Part shown: positions 1 to 8,200 of the stretch, piece by piece
How positions within the stretch are numbered: position 1 is the first letter of the stretch
Layout of the letters: each line of letters opens with the position of its first letter
Origin: Candidatus Thorarchaeota archaeon
Lineage (GTDB): Archaea > Asgardarchaeota > Thorarchaeia > Thorarchaeales > Thorarchaeaceae
Assembly (NCBI GenBank): GCA_004524445.1
Contig: SDNP01000036.1
Span: 1 to 27,101 of the forward strand
Length of the DNA: 27,101 bases
Reading direction: 5' to 3'
Position numbers and translations under genes: made by a program
The notes under the pieces: generated by a model
Seen by the model: the letters and a program-made list of their open reading frames with translations, nothing else
Database searches by the model: none
What the model was told of the DNA's origin: nothing

Positions 1-2
1 GC

Positions 3-95
3 ATATTCAGCGCATCATATCAGGGGCAATCTTCTCCGAAAGTGCTCAGGGTTGAGAAGGATAGAAAAATTGAAGTAATTGAATTGAATGCTTGA
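3..95 (+). CDS. 3' end of a gene truncated by the window edge, possibly a PPP-family (Ser/Thr phosphatase-like) metallophosphoesterase
   Basis: Frame 3 is open from base 3 to TGA at 93-95 and reads IFSASYQGQSSPKVLRVEKDRKIEVIELNA*. 'IFSASY' resembles the C-terminal (T)xFSAxNY motif of PPP phosphatases. Only 30 codons are visible. Confidence 0.3.
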   Translation: MFSASYQGQSSPKVLRVEKDRKIEVIELNA

Positions 96-254
96 CTGCA
101 GCTTAAGTAAGAAGCATAAACAGATTTGACTGGTGTATGGCGAGTATCAACAAGAGCATAGTACTATTGTTGCTACGAGGACATATTATTAAGTGATGTA
201 AGATTCCCCGAATTTGGAATCAGTAGATAGCATTTACCGAACTATAATAGCGGG

Positions 255-1346
255 ATGAAAGGTATGACAAAGGTTGCAGTAGTTGAAACATCTCCGAAGA
301 CTGTATTCGATGATATCGCCAGACTTCTTGACCTGGCCGAATACGATAAGTATGTATCAAAGGACGTCGTTACAACCATCAAGCTCAACCTTTCATGGAG
401 CAAGTTCTATCCTGCTTGCTCGACAAACCCGTATATCTTCGATGGCCTGCTCCGGAAAATGATTGCTGATGGATTCGACAACCGAAGAATTCAAGCCGTC
501 GAGAACGAAACTGTTGTTACAAATATCTACGAGGGAACTCACGGAAATAATTGGTATCCTGTGATAAAGAAGCATAAAATCAAATTTCTACCACTAATCG
601 AGGCAGAATACGTCGATGTTGAACTACCAAGAGAAACCATTGTTCTAGAAGATACTTTCGGAGAAGTTATTGCTCCCAAGGAGATATTTGGTACGAATAT
701 CATTCATCTCCCCACCATAAAGACACATGGCCATACAGAGATGACCGGGGCGATGAAGGATTCCTTTGGTCTATATCTAACTAAGAATCGACATCTGGCA
801 CATCTAAAAATTCACGAAGTTCTGGTTGACCTGTTACTTTTGCAGAAGACAATATCGCATTCCGAATTCGTACTTACTGATGGATCTATTGTTGGTGATG
901 GGGCTGGCCCCAGGACAATGGAACCGAAAATCGGGAACGTCCTGCTGGCAACTAATGACATGGTCGCAGCCGATACCGTTCAAACTAGACTGATGGGTAT
1001 TGACCAAAGAAAGGTGCACAAATTGCAGATTGCGAGTAGATTGGGCCTGGGAGAATCAGACCCAAACAAGATAGATATTGTTGGTGATTTCGAATCCTGG
1101 GAAGATTTGCCTAACTTCCATCTCAACACAGGCAAAAGCCCAGTAATAACGTGGAATAGAGGGTTTTTGAGATTTCCAGGCATGGAAACATTGCTCTTTC
1201 GCTCACCACTTATGTGGCTTCCAACACAGTTATCGGGCCTTTATCATGATGGAATTTGGTTACCATTGAAAGGAAGGAAGTGGGTAAATTGGTTCCTTGA
1301 AGAAACAGAATGGGGAGAACTCTGGAAATCATATAATGAGGAATAG
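255..1346 (+). CDS. DUF362 domain protein
   Basis: 363-aa ORF (alternative ATG at 264) with DUF362-like motifs IKLNL, HLPTIKTHGHTEMTGAMKDSFG, LTDG..GDGAGP and DMVAADTV. It has only one Cys and no ferredoxin module. Confidence 0.8.
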   Translation: MKGMTKVAVVETSPKTVFDDIARLLDLAEYDKYVSKDVVTTIKLNLSWSKFYPACSTNPYIFDGLLRKMIADGFDNRRIQAVENETVVTNIYEGTHGNNWYPVIKKHKIKFLPLIEAEYVDVELPRETIVLEDTFGEVIAPKEIFGTNIIHLPTIKTHGHTEMTGAMKDSFGLYLTKNRHLAHLKIHEVLVDLLLLQKTISHSEFVLTDGSIVGDGAGPRTMEPKIGNVLLATNDMVAADTVQTRLMGIDQRKVHKLQIASRLGLGESDPNKIDIVGDFESWEDLPNFHLNTGKSPVITWNRGFLRFPGMETLLFRSPLMWLPTQLSGLYHDGIWLPLKGRKWVNWFLEETEWGELWKSYNEE

Positions 1347-1347
1347 T

Positions 1348-1352
1348 GGAGG
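1348..1352 (+). promoter_or_regulatory. Shine-Dalgarno site for the UbiA-family gene
   Basis: GGAGG lies 8 nt upstream of ATG 1361, just after the DUF362 stop. Confidence 0.65.
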
Positions 1353-1360
1353 CTCTAAAC

Positions 1361-2314
1361 ATGGCGGCAATTGATTACATAAAACTCATGCGGGTGCATC
1401 AGTGGTACAAGAACCTTCTTGTGTTTCTGGCAATAATTTTTGTTGAGCTACCTAGTGAGTGGCCCTGGGAAACACTCCCCGCAGTATTGAACCTAGCCAA
1501 TTATCCACCTCTAATTCTTGGATTTTTGGCCTTATGTGCAATGTCCAGTGCTGGCTATATTGTAAATGATTTCAAGGACATGGAACAAGATGCACAACAC
1601 CCTGAGAAGAAGGAGCGGCCGCTACCCTCAGGTTCAGTATCTAAGACGACTGCACTATCACTGGCTGCAGTCTTAGCCATTGGCAGTCTGACGCTATCTT
1701 ACATTTTGAATGGCATGTTCTTTCTAATAGTAATCCTCTATGTCTTCAACTCACAGGCGTATAATTACTTCTTGAGAAAATGGGCAGTTGTGGATGTCAC
1801 AACAATAGCCGTTGGATTTATCCTAAGAGCTGTAGCAGGCACATTCTTGATAGGTGTTGAGTTTACTTCGTGGTTAATAATCGGTGTATTCTTTGTTGCG
1901 CTCGTTCTAGGGTTTGGTAAGCGAAAAAATGAGCTTCAGCTTTTAGGTGAAGATGCTGCTGATCATAAGTATGTATTCACGCAGTACAATGAGAAAATCC
2001 TCGATCAAGCCATAGTGATGTCCTCAACATGGGTTGTGTTGTTCTACGCACTCTACTGCTATCGTAACTTCCTTGACGTGATGGATACACAACCAATCAT
2101 GCTTACTATTCCCATTGTTGCAGGTATCGTTCTCCGCTATGTATATCTCATTCAGACAGGCAGTCCGGTGGGAAGAAAGCCACATTTAGCAATAAAAGAC
2201 AAGGGCATACTGGTTGGGGGAGTTCTTTTCGCTGTGGCACTTGCTATCACGCTCTTCTTCTGGACTCCCATTATGCTATTCATCCAAGGCCTCTTTCCGC
2301 CGGTTAGTCCATAG
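1361..2314 (+). CDS. UbiA-superfamily membrane protein of the polyprenyl-phosphate phosphoribosyltransferase (DPPR synthase, Rv3806c-like) subfamily
   Basis: Carries the subfamily motifs MRVHQWYKNLLVF, YIVNDFKDMEQDAQHPEKKERPLPSG, GFILRAVAG and GKRKNEL, and has multiple hydrophobic segments. The start was moved from GTG 1346 to ATG 1361 because of the SD. Confidence 0.85.
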   Translation: MAAIDYIKLMRVHQWYKNLLVFLAIIFVELPSEWPWETLPAVLNLANYPPLILGFLALCAMSSAGYIVNDFKDMEQDAQHPEKKERPLPSGSVSKTTALSLAAVLAIGSLTLSYILNGMFFLIVILYVFNSQAYNYFLRKWAVVDVTTIAVGFILRAVAGTFLIGVEFTSWLIIGVFFVALVLGFGKRKNELQLLGEDAADHKYVFTQYNEKILDQAIVMSSTWVVLFYALYCYRNFLDVMDTQPIMLTIPIVAGIVLRYVYLIQTGSPVGRKPHLAIKDKGILVGGVLFAVALAITLFFWTPIMLFIQGLFPPVSP

Positions 2315-2321
2315 GTGTAGA

Positions 2322-3005
2322 ATGATGAGTGAACGTCTATCAGCCTTTGATTTCCATACACATAGCCTACACTCAAAGGATGGGCTGAATAAACCGAAAG
2401 ACCTCTTTAAACTGATGAGAAAGAAGAATCTGAGAGGCATTGCCCTCACTGAGCATTGGAGAGCATCAACCCTCGATGTAATCGAAAAAGATGATAGGTT
2501 CATTCTTCCTGCAGCTGAGTTCAAGTCTACTGATTACGGGGAGCTCATAGGCGTGTTCACTCAAAACCATATTGAGAACAGGAGATTTATTGAGATTGCA
2601 GAAGATGTACATGACCAGGGCGGGTTCACCATCTTACCGCATCCCTGTGACCCAATACGAGGACAGACTGCAATAAGAAAGAGGCTTCCAGACTGGATTA
2701 TCGATAAGCACGTTGACTTCATTGAAGGAATCAATTCTAGATGCTTCATACCCCTGTTCAATAAGTGGGCACAAGATTTGGCAGACAAGCTCGAAAAACC
2801 CATGACAGCAGGGAGCGACGGACATTCCTTCCTAGAGGTTGGAAATGCGAAGACTTGGCTTCAAGATATATCAACTGCAGAGGATATCTATAGAGAATTG
2901 AAGAGAGGAAGAACCCAGATAACAGGGCATTGTTCGTTCTTGTTTGTGCATATTCCCACATTCATTTGGCAAAGAGCGAGGAGAGTGGCCTATGATGGTT
3001 GGTGA
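2322..3005 (+). CDS. PHP-domain phosphoesterase
   Basis: Has PHP metal motifs DFHTHSLHSKDG, LTEH (TDH variant), PHP, EGINSR and AGSDGH. The start is ATG 2322 or 2325 after AGGTG at 2313-2317. The ORF-track start at 2214 overlaps ubiA and is unlikely. Confidence 0.85.
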   Translation: MMSERLSAFDFHTHSLHSKDGLNKPKDLFKLMRKKNLRGIALTEHWRASTLDVIEKDDRFILPAAEFKSTDYGELIGVFTQNHIENRRFIEIAEDVHDQGGFTILPHPCDPIRGQTAIRKRLPDWIIDKHVDFIEGINSRCFIPLFNKWAQDLADKLEKPMTAGSDGHSFLEVGNAKTWLQDISTAEDIYRELKRGRTQITGHCSFLFVHIPTFIWQRARRVAYDGW

Positions 3006-4032
3006 AGATCAAGTTACCCAGGAAGAAGATTCTTTCATTAGTACGGGACGATTGGTTGCCTTCGTTCTAATTGGAATGGTCATCTACCTGCTAATGGCGA
3101 TTCTAGACCAGTGGGACCAAGTCATAGCCACTATTGCGGCGATTGAGTGGTGGTGGATTGTACCCACAATGATGGGGCTTTCATTTCTTAACTATTTGAT
3201 TCGTTATGGCAAATGGCAATACTATTTGCGACAGATTGATGTCAATATTTCACATACAGACAGCTTCAGCATTTTCCTAGCTGGCTTTACGCTGACAATT
3301 ACACCAGGGAAAATCGGAGAGGCAATAAAGGGCTATTTTTGTAGAGAGGTGAATGGTTCCCCTATTGCGAAGACAGTTCCGGTCGTCATCTCTGAGAGGG
3401 TCACCGATCTCTTGGCGATGGTTATAATTTCGGTCTTATCCTTTGCAGCTATTTTAACATCAGGAAATCAGTTGTTGCTGGTATTGTTTGCAGGCGCACT
3501 AGTACTGGTTGGAGCCATTGTCCTCACAAATAGCAAATTCTACAACCGAATTCTGAAGAAACTCACAACCTTTGGACCTTTGAAGCGTTTTGAGGAAAGT
3601 GTTGATCAGGTAGAAGACACGATGGTGAGAACGCTTTCACCCAAGCCCATGATCATAGGCACTTTGATCAGTGTTCCTGGTTGGTTTATGGAGTGCTTAG
3701 AATTATGGTTGCTGTTGAGCATAGTGACAGGGGCCGGACTTCCTGCTTTTACATCAACTTCCTTGTTCCTTCTCGCACAAGCAACATTTGTTCATGCCAG
3801 CGCATCGGCTGTCGGGGCCATTCTTGTCTTTCTCCCTGGGGGCCTTGGAGGCTATGAAATTTATGCAAGAAGTGTTCTGACAACATTTGGAATATTGGCA
3901 GCTGTTGCAACTGCGTCTGTATTCTTAATCCGTTTTGTGACGCTCTGGTTTAGCGTTATTGTTGGATTCGTAGCGCTGGCGTTCGTAACTAGAAGAAATC
4001 GTGAACGTGAATGCCAAACCCAGCAAGCTTAA
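2992..4032 (+). CDS. Flippase-like membrane protein (lysylphosphatidylglycerol synthase TM / UPF0104 family)
   Basis: Family motifs RYGKWQYYL, TPGKIGEAIK, ERVTDL, LPGGLGGYE and LIRFVTLW, with multiple TM segments. GAGGAG at 2978-2983 precedes ATG 2992, which overlaps the end of the PHP gene. Confidence 0.85.
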   Translation: MMVGEDQVTQEEDSFISTGRLVAFVLIGMVIYLLMAILDQWDQVIATIAAIEWWWIVPTMMGLSFLNYLIRYGKWQYYLRQIDVNISHTDSFSIFLAGFTLTITPGKIGEAIKGYFCREVNGSPIAKTVPVVISERVTDLLAMVIISVLSFAAILTSGNQLLLVLFAGALVLVGAIVLTNSKFYNRILKKLTTFGPLKRFEESVDQVEDTMVRTLSPKPMIIGTLISVPGWFMECLELWLLLSIVTGAGLPAFTSTSLFLLAQATFVHASASAVGAILVFLPGGLGGYEIYARSVLTTFGILAAVATASVFLIRFVTLWFSVIVGFVALAFVTRRNRERECQTQQA

Positions 4033-4050
4033 AACAAACCTAGTTTGTTT
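4032..4050. terminator. Short inverted repeat at the end of the four-gene operon (candidate terminator or operator)
   Basis: AAACAAAC-CTA-GTTTGTTT: perfect 8-bp arms with a 3-nt spacer, starting at the last base of the TAA stop. Confidence 0.35.
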
Positions 4051-4119
4051 CAACACATATGGTTAACAGGCGATACAAAAAATCGAGCTAGTATAATCAG
4101 TGAAAAAGTTGTGAAATAG

Positions 4120-5157
4120 ATGAGTGGAATGGATCAGAAAATTCCAGACAAGAACGATATTGAAACTGCGGTTCAAAATGCAGAAGAGGTTGTAACAAAG
4201 GAAGAAATTCAAGACATTATTTCTAGAAAGACGTTTAACTTCTATTATGGAACAGCACCCACAGGACCGTTTCATTTTGCATATCTAATTCCCCTCAATA
4301 AGCTGATTCAACTGGCAGATATAGGCGGTAGAGGAACGATTCTTCTGGCAGACTACCATGCACACTTGGACAGCCAGAAAACCTCCTTTGAACTTATGGA
4401 GATTCGTTCAAAATACTACGAGGAATGCATTCGAGGGGTATTGGGAAAAGACGCCAATAAGCTTGATTTCGTTCGCGGCTCGTCATATCAACACGAACGA
4501 GATTATGTAGAAGACCTCTACAAGATTGCGGCCAAGGTAACAACTACCCGAGCAAAGAGAGCGGCAAGTGAAGTAGTAAGAATGAGGGGTGATGCTAAGG
4601 TCTCCGAATTGCTATATCCACTCTTACAGATACTGGACGTTAAGTATCTCGACGCGGATATTACCGTTGGCGGGATAGACCAAAGAAATATCTACATGCT
4701 TGGCAGGGAGCTCCTCGAAGATGTGGGGGGTAAGAAAGGAGCATACATCTTCATGCCATTGCTTCCTTCGCTTCGCGGTGGGGGAGCAAAAATGTCTGCG
4801 AGCGATGCACTATCTCACATCAGAGTAACCGACGATCCCAACGAGATAAGATCAACAATCGAAAAGGCCTATTGCCCAGCTGAAGACCTAGATGATAATG
4901 CTATCACGTCCACAGTCAGATACATTATCTTTCCGCGAACCGGCAAAATTGTAATCCCACGGAAGGAGAAATTTGGAGGCGATATCGAATTCTCAAGAAT
5001 TGATGAATTCGAAAAGGCATACACTTCTGGAAATCTTCATCCCCTTGACGTAAAACAGGCAGTTAGTGGATATCTTATTGAGCTTCTCGCACCCGCCAGG
5101 AAGTATTTTGAGAGGCACTCAGATTTGCTTGAAGAGATTGAAACAACGTTTGATTGA
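4120..5157 (+). CDS. tyrS: Tyrosine--tRNA ligase, archaeal/eukaryotic type
   Basis: Class I motifs YYGTAPTGPFHFAY (HIGH equivalent) and KMSAS (KMSKS). TyrRS-specific motifs LADYHAHLD, LLYPLLQILD, GGIDQR and LHPLDVK. Confidence 0.95.
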   Translation: MSGMDQKIPDKNDIETAVQNAEEVVTKEEIQDIISRKTFNFYYGTAPTGPFHFAYLIPLNKLIQLADIGGRGTILLADYHAHLDSQKTSFELMEIRSKYYEECIRGVLGKDANKLDFVRGSSYQHERDYVEDLYKIAAKVTTTRAKRAASEVVRMRGDAKVSELLYPLLQILDVKYLDADITVGGIDQRNIYMLGRELLEDVGGKKGAYIFMPLLPSLRGGGAKMSASDALSHIRVTDDPNEIRSTIEKAYCPAEDLDDNAITSTVRYIIFPRTGKIVIPRKEKFGGDIEFSRIDEFEKAYTSGNLHPLDVKQAVSGYLIELLAPARKYFERHSDLLEEIETTFD

Positions 5158-5200
5158 CCTTTGAATCGTCTTATCTATCAGTTCAGCAGGTACGATCGGT

Positions 5201-8200
5201 TCAATCCCAATCAAGTCCGAGACTCTCGAGCAAAGCTAAGATATCTGCCTTTGACAAGCCTTTAGCTTCTTCTAGAATGAGGTCTATCTCATCCTTCGGA
5301 AGCCCTTTCTTAAGCAGCTTTGACCTTAGATCTTCCATATCCTCTGGTCTTTGTTCAAGAGATTCCTCGCTTGCTGCTTCACTCGGGACTTCTTTCTCAG
5401 CCAGCTCATCAGCCCGGCGAGCTTCCTCCTGTTCTATGACCTCTTTTAGGAATCCGGGGCGCTCACTAGCTTTCATTCGCGATAGGTCACGCCTAAATGC
5501 CTGGATTTCTTCATCACTCAGACCTGTGATTTCCACAAGTCTAGCAAGCAGTTCGTTCACTTCTGGTGCTCTGATATCAATTGGGATTTCGGCCACTTCG
5601 GCCGCGGTCTTCTTTATGGATACAGACTTAATCTCTTCATTGACTGCTGACAAGACGGTTGCTTGCCTGGAGGGGACATCAGCAGGGTCAGGTATTTTGC
5701 CCTTTGAGAGCGCTTTTATCATCTTATTCATTTTTCGAACGATCTTGGGAATGCTCCACACCTTGACATACAGCACAACCAATACTGCAATAATCATCAA
5801 TGATGTACCGCCACCGACTATGGCATTCTGCTGTGCTTGCTGTGCAGGGGTCAAATCGGAGAATACAGTGAATTCCACAGATTGAGTCTGATAATCCTTC
5901 TTGGCAAATTGCACATCGATATACATCGTATATGCCTGCAGAATCTCGAAATACAATTCGTAGGTCCCATTATCATAATCCGTGAGTCTGTCAGGATAAT
6001 ACCTTATTTCGCCTTCTGTGACGCTGACTGTTGGAACTACACCTGTTATGCCAGTATCATGGTCTGTGTCTAAATACGTAATGCGAATTGTGACCGGGGC
6101 ACCCGGGTATGCATCGATTTGGGTCCGAGCATAGATTAAATCTGTGTAGACCTGCCGCACGTTGAGAAGTATTTCATGTGATGGAACTCTGTAGAGATTT
6201 GTGGAAAATGTCAATGCGACACGATACTGACCTATTGGTAGATCACCGGGAACTGAGAAGGAATAACTACCATTTTCAAGAGGAATCAATTCAGTACTTC
6301 CAAGTGTTTCCCAAATTGCTAAAGCGTTGACGCCACCGACCACTTCATTGGTGAATTCATTGACGAGGTTCACGATGACGGTTGCAGTATCATTCACAGG
6401 AATGTCGATTTGAGATATTGCATCTATGAAAGCGTCGGTTGGTTTTACAAGCAGCCCCACAGTAATAGAACTGCTCTGGTAATTGAGCTTTGTAACTGAG
6501 ATTGTAACATCATATAGTCTGGGAATAGAATTATTGACGAAAATGGAAATTACATAGCTTCCATTTTCCAAGTCATATGCGGTTCCTGTGCCGCCTGTCC
6601 ATTCTATATCTACATTGGCACCCACTATTGGGGCATTAGTGTGTGTGTCATTCAGGTAGATTGTGTAATTTACAGTATCTCCTCTATATGCGTCATTCGT
6701 CAATACATTCGCAGCGGTTTCTGTAGGAATAGCCAAGATATTGAATGGCTGAGTTCTAGATGCCTGGGCATAGCCATCTTTTCGCGCAATGACCCTAAGA
6801 TACAGAGTTTGTGCTGAAAAGAGCGAGCTATTTATCTCGCCATAGTAGCGCCCATCTGGAAGCTGTTCCATTGAGGCAGTATAGCCTCCCAGTACTAATG
6901 AAATGTTTGCGCCATCGAGATAGCCACCATAGTAGGTATCGTTGTACTCAACATAGATTCCCAGAACATCACCGTATGTCACTGACAAAGAAGTAGTGCC
7001 TTCCTGCACGAGTATGCTAGTGGGAATTGGGGTCACTATTACATCCACAGATATACTGAGAAATTGATGATTCTCAGCACTGGCATATATCTGCAAGTCG
7101 TAAGTACTAATTGAGAATCCCGAAACATTGAGCGGCCCTTCGTAGAATCCTGTTGTGCCATTTCCGCTTAATGAAACTATCGTATTATTCCAGACCATAT
7201 AGACAGTTGCATCAGCAACAGGTTCATTGTTGGTAGTATCGTTCAGATAGATCCATAATGAAGACTCTGTTTCTCGTACAATCTGGATCGATGAGCTTTC
7301 TGGGAGAATTTGGCCCGTTGCTCTGTAAATTACGAGTGTAAACTCACGTTGTCTTGTTTGATAATACTGTCTGGAAACCGTAATCAGTGGACTGTAAACT
7401 CCGTAGCTCACCTGAGAAGTATCCAGATTTACATAATATGTCCCATTGCCCGCATCGATGCAATTGTACAACGTATCGTTGAACGATATTGTGGCAGTCA
7501 TGCCAGAAAGCAGGGTGCCATAATAGGAGTCTGTGACAGTGAAGCTAACCATCTTCATCTGACCCCAGTCGGAATAGTATGTGGACTTCTGCAAGTTGAT
7601 CTGAACGGTCGGGGCACCCGGCTGAATAGAGGGACTAACTTGGCTTTCTTCATAGTACTGAAGTGTTGCAGTAATGGTGAAACCATATTCTTGTGCAATC
7701 AACCCCGTTGTATTCAGCACTACCTGGTATCGACCTCCTGAGAATTCTACCACAGTGTAACTACGTCCGTACAAGTCCGCCCAATCGCTAGAGATAGTTG
7801 CACCCTCGATTCCTACCTCGTGGTCGGTATCTGTATATGTTACATTAACGCGGAATGGGTCGCCAATGGGAATCACGCCTGCAGGAGGTGTCTCATAAGA
7901 GATTGATGTAAGGATGTTGCGGATTGTTGCAGGGATATTTCTAGCAGTTCGGGATGCGTAAAATGGAATGCCATCCTTGGTAAATGTAACCTCGAAATGG
8001 AGTTTGCCAGTCTGTCCGAATTGCCCACTGGGTATTAACAGGCGATACAAGCCATCTCCTAATTCTATTGTATAATTCACGAAAGAAGTCAGATTAGTGG
8101 AGCTGACAGCTAATTCTGCACCTTCGATTCCTTCATCTGACAAGTAATCGATATAGCTAAGCTCAATAGTGATATTGTCGCCCAGAGGTGTATCTTGTAT

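Noticed and set aside
158-167. 10-bp palindrome ATAGTACTAT upstream of the DUF362 operon, and AGTGCACT near 23553
   Set aside because: Too short to distinguish from chance in 27 kb without conservation data.
2214-2321. ORF-track N-terminal extension of the PHP gene (likewise 2944-2991 for the flippase-like gene)
   Set aside because: These overlap the upstream genes extensively, and downstream ATGs have SD-like sites and start where the domains begin.
5154-5885. 243-aa plus-strand ORF antisense to the tail of protein A, with a counterpart at 12983-13537 antisense to the tail of B
   Set aside because: Ser/Phe-rich translations with no motifs. These are the expected shadow of Glu/Lys/Asp-rich coding on the other strand, and the parallel occurrence follows from the paralogy.
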